Shown here: positions 1-9,600 of the stretch, piece by piece
Numbering within the stretch: the stretch's first letter is position 1
Layout: the number at the start of each line of letters is the position of its first letter
From: a virus
Length of the DNA stretch: 64,000 nucleotides
Virus record (IMG/VR): IMGVR_UViG_3300032085_000337
Coordinates: 9,003 to 73,002 of that record
Strand: one strand, 5' to 3'
Program-made: the position numbers and the translations under genes
The notes under the pieces: model-generated
Told to the model about the DNA's origin: nothing
Database searches by the model: none
Seen by the model: the letters and a program-made list of their open reading frames with translations, nothing else

Positions 1-2
1 AA

Positions 3-332
3 CAGTTAGATCGTTACAAACTGTTGATGGACAACTATGTAGACCACAACTGTTCAGTCACAATCAGCTATGACCCATCCGAGGTTCCAGCTATCATTGA
101 CTGGATTCTGACTAACTGGGATACATACGTAGGTGTTTCATTCATCTATCGTAATGACCCTACCAAGACTGCAGAAGACTTGGGCTATGCCTACCTTCCA
201 CAGGAAGTCATCACAGAGGAGGCCTATGTTGCGTATACATCACAGCTTAAGCCTTTGGACCTCTCAGGTCTTACTTCTGACGATGATCTTGTAGATGAGG
301 CTTGTGCTACAGGTGCTTGTCCTATACGATAG
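3..332 (+). CDS. nrdJ: Class II (B12-dependent) ribonucleotide reductase, C-terminal part (5' truncated by window)
   Basis: Frame open from position 3; DHNCSVTISY, GVSF, YLPQE and terminal CATGACPIR redox pair. Confidence 0.85.
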   Translation, partial: QLDRYKLLMDNYVDHNCSVTISYDPSEVPAIIDWILTNWDTYVGVSFIYRNDPTKTAEDLGYAYLPQEVITEEAYVAYTSQLKPLDLSGLTSDDDLVDEACATGACPIR

Positions 333-440
333 GTTTTGGCAGCACCTGAGCATGTGTCTAAACTGCTCATTTACTCTGCGGCGTAAGAGTCATAAACTTA
401 CGTTATGGCGTAAAGATCATACAAACTGAAAGGACTTCTT

Positions 441-677
441 ATGCAGAAGTACATAATGTTAACTCAAGATAACTGTAAGTACTGTACTGCAGCGCTGGGG
501 TTACTCGAAAGTCTTGGACACAAGGTTGAAGTCTATGACGTACAGGACGAGAACATGAGCCTCGTAGTAAATATGCTCAGAGTCACAAACACAGTACCTC
601 AGTTGTACGCCCCTGACGGTCAGTTCATCGGTGGTTACACAGAACTTAAGGAGTATCTCAATGACAGTAGTACGTAA
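441..677 (+). CDS. grx: Glutaredoxin
   Basis: CKYC, TVPQ and IGGY motifs; follows RNR. Confidence 0.92.
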   Translation: MQKYIMLTQDNCKYCTAALGLLESLGHKVEVYDVQDENMSLVVNMLRVTNTVPQLYAPDGQFIGGYTELKEYLNDSST

Positions 678-1110
678 GCAATTTGACAGAGCACTATACG
701 AAGCCTACGATACACCTGCTCGTGATGCTCTGGTTGGTTATCTTGAACTAAAAGGTCACATCATTGTAAACAACGAAGAGAACTTCAATGTTGATGTTGT
801 TTCTCAGAAGGGAGGATACACTTACTTTAATGAGGTAGAGGTTAAGACTGCATGGAAGGGTGACTGGCCTACTCACTGGTCTGAGATACGTATCCCCCAG
901 CGCAAGCAACGTCTACTTGACAAACATGTTGACGATGGCAAGAGTGTACTTAACTTTTATATCTTCCGACCAGACTTCAAGCAGGCATGGCGTATCAAGG
1001 ATACACTGTTAACTCAGGAAAGTCTCAAGGAAGCCAAGGGCCGATACATCCAGAAGGGTGAGAAGTTCTTCCACATCCCATTCACACAAGCAGAGTTGAT
1101 CAAACTATGA
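661..1110 (+). CDS. Hypothetical protein, possible PD-(D/E)XK nuclease fold
   Basis: ATG at 661 after AGGAG; VDVV...EVEVK pattern. Confidence 0.6.
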   Translation: MTVVRKQFDRALYEAYDTPARDALVGYLELKGHIIVNNEENFNVDVVSQKGGYTYFNEVEVKTAWKGDWPTHWSEIRIPQRKQRLLDKHVDDGKSVLNFYIFRPDFKQAWRIKDTLLTQESLKEAKGRYIQKGEKFFHIPFTQAELIKL

Positions 1111-1814
1111 GCAAAGAGCCTCCCAAGAAGCAGACACGTACACGGCGCAAGACTACGTACAAAGGGGCAGAAAGTAAGAAGACATCTGGTTTAGTCCCTC
1201 GTACAGATAAACAGAAAGACCTTATTGATGCACTTAAGACAAGCCGCCAAGTCTTTATTCTTGGGCCTGCAGGTACTGGCAAAACATATGTCACGGCGAC
1301 TTATGCTTCCGACCTCTACACGACGAAAGAGATTGATAAGATCGTCATCACAAGACCTCACGTTGCCGTAGGTAAGGAGCTAGGGTTTCTCAAGGGTGAC
1401 CTCACAGAGAAGACTATGCCTTGGGCTTTGCCTGTGCTTGACGTACTAGAGAAACATTTAGGAAAGGGAGCAGTTGAAACAGGTATCAAGAACGGCAACA
1501 TTGAAATGGCTCCTCTTGCACTTATGCGTGGGCGTAGCTTCGATAATGCCTTCATAATTGTAGACGAAACCCAGAACATCTCTACACACGAGTTGAAGAT
1601 GTTGCTCACAAGGGTTGGTGAAGGGACTACTATTGTCCTTAACGGAGATGCTCAACAGTCAGACCTTAAGGAAGCAGATGGTTTGTCAAAGGTTATTCAC
1701 CTAGCCAAGAAGCATCAGCTACCTGTACCTATCATTGAGTTTGGTGTAGACGATATCGTAAGGTCTGACATCACAGCTATGTGGGTACGTACATTTCTTA
1801 AGGAAGGACTATAA
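1107..1814 (+). CDS. phoH: PhoH-family ATPase
   Basis: GPAGTGKT, LGFLKG, MRGRSF, DETQN, GDAQQSD. Confidence 0.95.
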   Translation: MSKEPPKKQTRTRRKTTYKGAESKKTSGLVPRTDKQKDLIDALKTSRQVFILGPAGTGKTYVTATYASDLYTTKEIDKIVITRPHVAVGKELGFLKGDLTEKTMPWALPVLDVLEKHLGKGAVETGIKNGNIEMAPLALMRGRSFDNAFIIVDETQNISTHELKMLLTRVGEGTTIVLNGDAQQSDLKEADGLSKVIHLAKKHQLPVPIIEFGVDDIVRSDITAMWVRTFLKEGL

Positions 1815-2003
1815 ATGTTTACAGCTATCATACTGATGTGTACTTTAGATGGAGGCCTCTGTCGAGCAGTAGCCCACCCTGTTGTAGTTAACGATCTGAT
1901 CTCCTGTACTCTACTGCTAGGCGAAGGTGTTAAGAAAGTAGAAGAACAGGCAGGTTGGAAGGTAGCCAGTTACAGGTGTCTCCCTTGGGGTGAACCTACC
2001 TAA
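1815..2003 (+). CDS. Small hypothetical protein, Cys-containing, hydrophobic N-terminus
   Basis: Coupled to phoH stop; ends before the terminator. Confidence 0.65.
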   Translation: MFTAIILMCTLDGGLCRAVAHPVVVNDLISCTLLLGEGVKKVEEQAGWKVASYRCLPWGEPT

Positions 2004-2016
2004 CATCGAGACAAGC

Positions 2017-2054
2017 AAAAGCCCCCTTGGAGATTAATCCTTGGGGGCTTCTTT
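2017..2054. terminator. Bidirectional intrinsic terminator between the two genomic arms
   Basis: AAAAGCCCCC...GGGGGCTTCTTT hairpin with A tract left and T tract right, between convergent genes. Confidence 0.85.
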
Positions 2055-2061
2055 GTGTTTA

Positions 2062-2316
2062 CTACCACTTCACCTTGTCTGCCCAGTAAGCCGCAGACAT
2101 CTTACCCTTCTTGATGTTCTTGGCATGACGAGCCTTGAATGCTTTGTTTCTAGGTGTACCATCAGGGCTACCCTTGACACCCTTCTGACCAAAGCGGATG
2201 ATCTTCTCTTTACCGTTATCACAGGCCTTAACTACATGAGACTTAGTGGGGTGATCAGGAGTAGTACGAGGCTTGTTACACTTCATCTTGTCTTTATCTA
2301 GTCTTTTACTTGGCAC
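2062..2316 (-). CDS. Basic conserved phage protein
   Basis: KIIRFGQ...FKARH...SAAYWADKVKW; last gene of the minus arm. Confidence 0.75.
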   Translation of the reverse strand: MPSKRLDKDKMKCNKPRTTPDHPTKSHVVKACDNGKEKIIRFGQKGVKGSPDGTPRNKAFKARHAKNIKKGKMSAAYWADKVKW

Positions 2317-2566
2317 GGTCTCTCTCCATCATCCCTTTAATCGCATTAATGTTCTCGTCAATCCTAGCCATAGCAACAGCCTGTGCCTGTACACTAGCCT
2401 CAAGAGCAATTAAACGGGTCTCATGGCGTACCAGTTCCCTTGTGTTACTCTCAATCTCACTGTCAAGTGAAGCTACAAACCACACGAGGGCTATCGTTTG
2501 CATGAGAATTGCGAGTATAAAGGTTACGGGAACTGATTTGCTTAAGTGCCATTGAGTGTCAGCCAC
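2306..2566 (-). CDS. Putative holin / lysis membrane protein
   Basis: One N-terminal TM helix plus coiled coil; next to spanin. Confidence 0.55.
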   Translation of the reverse strand: MADTQWHLSKSVPVTFILAILMQTIALVWFVASLDSEIESNTRELVRHETRLIALEASVQAQAVAMARIDENINAIKGMMERDRAK

Positions 2567-2894
2567 GGTATCTTCCTAGTGTTATTGTTTTTAAGAGACC
2601 AATCCAGATTTCTCTGGGTGAAGGGAGAACCCATCCAAGGATGAGGAGAAGGATAACCCAAACAGGGATGTCCTGATTGCTTATGTTGAGAGACCCCACA
2701 GAGCCGCTAGGAGCAACCCCTGAGTAAACAGTCTCTGCCTTGGTAATGTCACCTACCTGAACGCCTGTCTGGTTGTTCTCAGCGCCTGCCTGTACGTTAG
2801 CAGCTACGTTAGGTCCACCCCCACCTAGAAGGGATAATGGATTGAGACATCCTGATAGTAAAAGGATAAGGGATAATGCAGTTAGGTGTCTCAT
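2559..2894 (-). CDS. Putative unimolecular spanin (lipoprotein)
   Basis: Lipobox LLSGC plus C-terminal TM segment. Confidence 0.7.
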   Translation of the reverse strand: MRHLTALSLILLLSGCLNPLSLLGGGGPNVAANVQAGAENNQTGVQVGDITKAETVYSGVAPSGSVGSLNISNQDIPVWVILLLILGWVLPSPREIWIGLLKTITLGRYRG

Positions 2895-3967
2895 TCCTTT
2901 CTAGCCTTAGGTCTAAGTGATGTTTTGACAGCAGGGGCTTGACCTAGGTTTAGCTTGAAAGACCTTCCCTCGTCACGGCTATCGTCTATGTAGTCTCTCG
3001 AACCTAAAAGAAAACCTAGTGCTCTTATCTGTTCGTAATTTAAGCCCTCTTTAAAAACACTCTGTGTAATATCTAAGAGAACCTCTAGTTCAGTAAATTT
3101 ACCATCCTCAATAGCTTTTTCAAACTGTTCTGTTTTGTACTCAACACCGTCTATCATAATTTCATTGTAGTTGAATTGGTCTTCTACAATTATGTCGTTG
3201 TTCTCGTCTATGTAAGCATTAAACTGTCCAAGCATTAGTTTAGCCTCACTTAGAGGATTTCTTTCAGCCAGTACTTCTACGATCTGTGAGGCACTTGAAC
3301 CCCCTGATTGGTTTACAGAAATACCATCCTGCAATTCTCTGTATATCTCCCTATCAATAGTGATAGAACCCTTTTCAAGGAGACCCTTATCAATCACAAG
3401 TTTTCGGATGAACTGTCTCCCTCCTTCAGACAAGACTGACTCACCTTTTGTAATACCTACGTTAGATAGAGCAGTGTTTACTTTACCGAAAGCAAGGTCA
3501 TTAAGAAAGTTCAGACCTACAGGGGATGTTACGGCCTTTATCCACTTAGAAGCTCTTTCACCATTAGTTTGGAGAGCCTGACCAAAGCTAGTCATTTCAG
3601 TACCCTCTGGTACGTCTCCTTGTATCGGAGCTTTGTCAGAAACCTCAGGTAAGGCAGAAGAAACCTCGTCCACAACGGACTGGACAGAACCCATCAAACC
3701 TTCACCTGCGGCCTGTGCGGTATCCATGATTGCTGGAAGAACACTACCTGCAGCTTCTACGCCAGTTGTAGCTGCATCTATAACATCTTCTAGCTCAGGA
3801 AGGTAGTCGTATACGTCATCTGCTTCGTCGATAATGGATTTCTTACCTGAGACCATAGCCTCTGCAGCCCCGTCTACTACAGACTGCCAGAGGGAAGTCC
3901 CACTGCTTGCGACATCCTCAACTGCACTACTTGTTTGTGCAGCTGCTAAGTTCCATGAGCTTGCCAT
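2891..3967 (-). CDS. Acidic hypothetical protein, possible internal virion protein
   Basis: 358 aa ORF coupled to neighbours in the late arm. Confidence 0.6.
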   Translation of the reverse strand: MASSWNLAAAQTSSAVEDVASSGTSLWQSVVDGAAEAMVSGKKSIIDEADDVYDYLPELEDVIDAATTGVEAAGSVLPAIMDTAQAAGEGLMGSVQSVVDEVSSALPEVSDKAPIQGDVPEGTEMTSFGQALQTNGERASKWIKAVTSPVGLNFLNDLAFGKVNTALSNVGITKGESVLSEGGRQFIRKLVIDKGLLEKGSITIDREIYRELQDGISVNQSGGSSASQIVEVLAERNPLSEAKLMLGQFNAYIDENNDIIVEDQFNYNEIMIDGVEYKTEQFEKAIEDGKFTELEVLLDITQSVFKEGLNYEQIRALGFLLGSRDYIDDSRDEGRSFKLNLGQAPAVKTSLRPKARKE

Positions 3968-4620
3968 TACTGTTCAATCTCCGCAATTACCTTATTCAAG
4001 GTGTTATTGTCTACGAACTTGAAACCCTCCCAGATACCCCGAAGTCTACTACGTTTTTCAGAGATTGTCTTACCACGACCCAACGTTTCCTTAGCATAAA
4101 AGAGGAACATCTTGTCTTGTGTTTCTTTGTTGAATACTGTATCAGCTGGAAGGTTCATACGACGAGTAAGATAACGGAGTGTTGAACCTATAATCTGGTA
4201 CTTACCCATAGGTGTAGAGGTAAGCCCGTTCTTGTAGGCGTATGTGCTCTCATCTAGGCGTGGTTTAACATACCGACCATACTCTCCCGATGCTCTTGAG
4301 AAATCAGTAAGCTCTCCAATGGTCATGCTTGAAACAGAGACACCTTTGAATGGTGTGTTTTCTCTCTCGAAGTTACCGTAGAGTGTATCATAGCTCTGTG
4401 CTTCTACTTTACGAAGTGTAGTCTGTGTAGTAGAAGTAGGTTGTAGAGCAGTAATACCGCTTGTGGCAGAGGTAGGAGGTGTACCTGCACCAGCTTGGTA
4501 GGTAGCACCACCCGTAGAGGGAGATGCTTTGGCTTGGTAACTACTCAGGTTAAGCAGTTCAGGCTTATAGTCAGGCATGTCCTTAGACAGTGTTTGACCT
4601 TTGTTCCACGCACTTGTCAT
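3967..4620 (-). CDS. Lysozyme-like muramidase/transglycosylase
   Basis: E...YDTLYG, STPMGKYQII, F..ETQD, L.GIWEG as in lambda-R-like enzymes; start re-called to ATG 4620. Confidence 0.75.
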   Translation of the reverse strand: MTSAWNKGQTLSKDMPDYKPELLNLSSYQAKASPSTGGATYQAGAGTPPTSATSGITALQPTSTTQTTLRKVEAQSYDTLYGNFERENTPFKGVSVSSMTIGELTDFSRASGEYGRYVKPRLDESTYAYKNGLTSTPMGKYQIIGSTLRYLTRRMNLPADTVFNKETQDKMFLFYAKETLGRGKTISEKRSRLRGIWEGFKFVDNNTLNKVIAEIEQ

Positions 4621-4621
4621 A

Positions 4622-6655
4622 TTAAGGCTTTCTGTAAGTTTTTCCATCTGAGGGATCAATAAAATAAGAACCACTAGGTAGACTGTTATAGAAATCAACA
4701 CCTTCTTCATCTGTGGCTCCTTTGAAAGTAAATGGATTTTCTTGACCACCAAGTGCTGGAGGAAGTTCAGTAGTTGTAATAGTATTACCGAGAGTATCAG
4801 CAGTTTCCTGTGCAATCTTGGCTGCTTCTGGGTCTTCAGTAAACGATGGGAGAGCCAGTTTCAACTTAGCTGCAGTGTCCTTGAAGGACTTGAGGCGCTG
4901 GGGGATACCACGTACGGTACTATACCGACTTGCAATACCCTTCCAGAGAGAACTCTCAAGTACTTTAGTTGCTGCATCAAACCGTTCAAACTCAGGTGAG
5001 TCAGGAGTGATCTTACCCTCACGAGCAAGACGGTTCTTCAGGCTGATCTTGGCTGTTCCACCCTCTGCCCAGAGTGCTTCAAAGTCTCCACCATAGTAAA
5101 CAGATACAACAGCTGCGATCTCTTGCAGTACTGGATCGTCCTTTACATCAAGAGTAAACTTACCGTTAGTCTCATCAATCTTAACCTGAGGGATACGGCT
5201 TACTAGACCAGCAGCAAGTACACCATAACGGGCTTGGTTGTGTTGAAGGGCTGCACCCATCTGAGCACGGAGGTTACCAGCTACACGACCAGCCTCTCCG
5301 CCCTGTGCCTGCAGTGCATTCACACGAGCAATGTTACGGTTAGAGAAAAGTACATCAAAGTTCTGTGAGGAAGGCTTATCATTCTGAGTGAGGTCATACG
5401 AAAGGGCAGTGACACTTGAGGCATAGGCATTGATAGCCTCAGGAGAGTCAAGAGAACCAGCCTCAAGACCTGTAATAGCTGAACGGTGGTATGCTCTGAA
5501 CTTAGCCTTCTCTACAATCTTCATCCCCTCATACTTTTCACCCAGTTCAGTAGGGAAAGGACTAGGAGGAATGTCGAAACCACCCTCAGGTACGTCACCT
5601 GTCTGTTGACCAGAAGGTGCTACACCCATAAGCTCAAGAATAACAGGATCGAAGTTAAGGGCAGAGTGGTCAACCTCAGGGATTTCACCCATATTAGCAA
5701 GGTCTGCAGTGATATCATCTGCAATAGTTGCAGCCATCTTAATCATGAAGTCAGAATCCTTAGCTGCAAGAGCAGACAAAGGACTTTTCCCAGAGAGAGA
5801 GATGACACCCATAAGTTGCTTAGCTTTAGCAGTAGCCCCCTTGGCATCGTAGTCTTCTAGACGGGTAAAGACATCTTCGATACTCTGAAGGCGTGTCTCC
5901 ATCAAAGCCCACTGCTCAAGAGCCGCCTTACCAGTTGGCTTCTGGAAAGAAGGGTTGGATTTAAGGAGGAGGAATCCGTCCTGAAGTTGGCGCAAGGTTT
6001 TTAGGCTGAGGTTCTCACCACGTTGCTCTACTTGCAGACCTGCAGAAACGGCCTTGATAAAGCTATCAAGTGTTTTCATGTTCTGGTCAAAGCCAGCACT
6101 AAAGTCGATGTTACCTTGAAGAATACCAGCGTTTGCTGCTACCTGAAAGGCTGCATAGTTGTTACGAGCACGTTCCGCAGCTACATCTTGAGAAATTGTT
6201 TCCCCTTCTGCCTCTGCCTTTTTTATTTCAATGTCTACTAAACCTAGTCGAACAGTCTCATCTGTCTTATTAAACATCTCTGTTGCTGTGTCTACAGGAG
6301 TTTCAACCTGTTTAGGTACATAGAAGATATCCTCACCAATCGTCTTAGTTAGGACAGCTTTTTGGTCACTGTTCAGACTCAGGTTAGCAAAGGTGGTCCC
6401 ATACTTAGAAGCCACTTGGTCAGGTGACATACCTGAAGCAAGGTCTTGTTCTACATTACGGATGTTTTCAACGAAAACTGCGTTGTTACGGTCTGTCTGA
6501 GTAGGTCCACTTCCCGCACGTAGTTTTGCTGATCTCTCAGCTGCACCCAAAAGGCCTCCCAAAGCTGAAGCAGCAATGGAAGTCCCTGACATACTCTGTA
6601 CTGGTTGAGGTGCGGATGCGGCCCCAGATACGTTCTGGTCTAGTGTAAAAGCCAT
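4622..6655 (-). CDS. Putative internal virion protein
   Basis: 677 aa helical/Ala-rich ORF in the ejectosome position. Confidence 0.6.
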   Translation of the reverse strand: MAFTLDQNVSGAASAPQPVQSMSGTSIAASALGGLLGAAERSAKLRAGSGPTQTDRNNAVFVENIRNVEQDLASGMSPDQVASKYGTTFANLSLNSDQKAVLTKTIGEDIFYVPKQVETPVDTATEMFNKTDETVRLGLVDIEIKKAEAEGETISQDVAAERARNNYAAFQVAANAGILQGNIDFSAGFDQNMKTLDSFIKAVSAGLQVEQRGENLSLKTLRQLQDGFLLLKSNPSFQKPTGKAALEQWALMETRLQSIEDVFTRLEDYDAKGATAKAKQLMGVISLSGKSPLSALAAKDSDFMIKMAATIADDITADLANMGEIPEVDHSALNFDPVILELMGVAPSGQQTGDVPEGGFDIPPSPFPTELGEKYEGMKIVEKAKFRAYHRSAITGLEAGSLDSPEAINAYASSVTALSYDLTQNDKPSSQNFDVLFSNRNIARVNALQAQGGEAGRVAGNLRAQMGAALQHNQARYGVLAAGLVSRIPQVKIDETNGKFTLDVKDDPVLQEIAAVVSVYYGGDFEALWAEGGTAKISLKNRLAREGKITPDSPEFERFDAATKVLESSLWKGIASRYSTVRGIPQRLKSFKDTAAKLKLALPSFTEDPEAAKIAQETADTLGNTITTTELPPALGGQENPFTFKGATDEEGVDFYNSLPSGSYFIDPSDGKTYRKP

Positions 6656-6657
6656 TC

Positions 6658-9600
6658 TTATTCTCCTTGAGAAGCTTTAGCTGTAAGTTGGGAAGCTTTG
6701 GATTGTCCAGTTGCTCTCTTAACTAGGTCCGTCATGGTCTCAAGATTGACTACGGCTCTGTAAAGTTTAGTCTGGTTCTCTTCTGAGAAGCCTCCGTCTT
6801 CGATGAGGTTCATCGCATCGTTGTAAAGCTCTCTCCCTTGCTTCATTTTATCAGGTTCTCCTGTAGAAATCAAGTCCAAAGCTTTAGTAGCCCAAGTGTC
6901 AATACGTCTACGAGCATCCTTGAACTTAGCATCTTCTTTGTAGGAGATATCCTTAGCATCGTAGTGGTTCAAGACCTTCATGGGGGTAGCACCACCAAGG
7001 ACAGAAGCTGCCAAACCAGTTCCTACTTCATCAAACTCACCTGCCAAGCCACGCCGTTTACTGCGGTACTCCCCAGTTTCGATAAGCTCTACGACTTTAG
7101 AGTAGATATCTACGGACTTGACGTTCCGCATAAGAACCTTGAACTCTTCGACTGCTATTTGTTTGTGTCCACCTGTGATGGTTTCAAGTGTTGCCTTGAT
7201 AGCCTTGTAAGTGTCAAAACCAATCTGGGCAGAAGGTCCACCTAGTGTGGCATACAAAGGGTCTTCTCTAAACAGCTCAGAGTATTGCTGTACGATACCA
7301 CCCATAGGAGCAATACGTGAACCAAGAGAGACATCCTCTCCTACAAGTTGAGACAGCATAAAGTCAAACAAACCAAACTTAACTGCATTGAGTGTAGCTG
7401 TTGAGTTCTCGTCCTCTGGGTCTACTCCGAAAGCAACTAGAGCAGCTGTCATCTTAGGTGAGAAGCCCATACCACGTGTACCAAACAGGACTGTGTTGAC
7501 ACCCACCATTCGAGCACGTTCCGCCTTGGTCAAGTCACGACCGATAAGGATGTTGTCGACGAAGCGGTTGGTGTAAGACATCCACTGAGTAGCAAGGCCC
7601 ATGATTGCGCCTTCTTGGTAAGAACCCTTCTGACCAGAAGTCATACGGAAGGAGAGTACTTGCTCTCTGTTTGCTACATACTGTAGGCCTGCCTCACTGA
7701 ATACATCATCAGAGATTTTCTTAGCATTGTGCTCTACAACCGCAGTGGCTACAGAGGCAATACGTCCGAACAATTCACCCATCTTGTATGGTGTAAGACC
7801 AAGCTCAAGAAACTCAGAAGCAGCATTCTTCTTAGGGTCAAAGGCAGTACCACTACGTTCAAGAACAGAAGTACCTACAATGTCACGGCCTGACTCACGC
7901 ATGTACTTTACAGTAGCAAGTAGCTCCTCTTTAGTCATACCCGCAAAACCATTAGCATACAAGGCGTCAATGTCTTTAGCTGCAGCCTTAGGAGTTTTAC
8001 GCATAAGCTGTGCAATGATAGGGACAGCAGCCGTTGCTTTAATACCCGCCTTAGGGGAGATAGCCATGATCTGTGCTACGTGTGATGCGTTCAAGACCAG
8101 CTGATCAGGGTTAAAAATACCCATCTTCATGTGGAAAACCATAGCACGGACACGACCAGCGGCCCCATCAAGCCAGTCCTCAGGATTAGTCTTAATGCCT
8201 TTACCTTTACCCATAAACACACCCTCGTCGTAGATGTGCTGGCCCATACGTATAAAGAAGTTATTCTCTTTATCTGTACGTTCCTCAAGGCCCATGCGGC
8301 GTTTAATCACAGTCTGTTGTTCAGCCATGTCAGCATCTACGCCCTCACTGCCCTTAATCTTGGCACGACGAAGGAAGTCATTAGGATCAGAGGGTACTGG
8401 CCCATCAAAGGTTACGTTACCCATACGACGAGCCTTATCAACCCAACCATTCACTGCAGCCTGAGTGGCTTTAGAGTGAGTGTAACGGTAGGCTGTAGAC
8501 TGGAACTGCTCAAGGATGTTGGTGATAGGGTCTTGGTTGCTTACACGGCCACCACCATACTCCATCAGGGGAGCATCACCACGTTTACGTGCTACACGGC
8601 GGGACTGGTAGTCACCTACACTCAGACCATAGCCATCAGTAATCTCTGTGTCTACCTGTTGGTCTCTCCGTTTAACCTCAAACTTGTTAGCAAAGCTTTC
8701 CTTGTGACGTTGAGACAAGTCTTTCAGGTCATCAAAGTTCTCTACTGAAGGGTTCCACTTGTTGTTACGAGAGATGATATCGTTAACACGATCAAGGTCT
8801 TCACCCGACAACTCAAGCTTAGAGATAGACTTCAAGCCTGTGGCCTTTAGGAAACCACCAATAGTCTCTTGGATGTTGTTAAGTTCACGAGCAGCTGAGG
8901 TAGCCTCTTTGCTACTGTAAGAACCTAGGAGACTGCGGAAGCCTCCCTTACCCTTCTTACCACCTGCAAACTCTACATCAAACAGAGTACCAACAAAGAA
9001 GTTAGTTGTCTCGTTGTTACGTGAGCCACCGAAGTTGTAACCAAGTACATCAGACTTCTGAGGTACACGAGCATCAGCTACGTCAGTGACGTACTCGAAG
9101 AAGTTACCATTGGCATCCTCGAAGGGTTCATCAAGCTTGTAGACGATACGATCACCTACGGCAGAACCACGTACAGAACCCTGTAGACGACTGAACACAA
9201 CAGCATCATCGGCTACCGTTACAGGTACACCGATAGTTGTATAGCCTTCACTAACGTCTACTGTCCAGCCGCCACGTTCTGTTACCTTCTTCAGGATTTC
9301 AGTAGCCTTGACATTCCAAGAACTGTTGTTGAAGTCTACCAAGGCACGGTAGGCTTTCATCTGTTGCTCAGAAGGTACTCGTCCGTTAACAGCCATGAAG
9401 TCCTGCTCAAACTTAGCAGAGCTAGGAGCACCACGTTGTGCAGCAAGATCAAGTTCTGTGTCCCCAAGAGGACTATCACGATATGATGTGATGATCTTGT
9501 TAAGCTCTTCTGACTCACCCTTAGACAGTTTAGAGATATCCTTGAAGGCTACGTCAGCCTCCTTGGATACACGAGCAACAAGACCCTCTGCAGCATTTAG

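Noticed and set aside
4621-4815. N-terminal extension of the lysozyme ORF overlapping the upstream gene
   Set aside because: An ATG at 4620 abuts the upstream stop, and the extension reads like off-frame sequence with no slippery site recognised.
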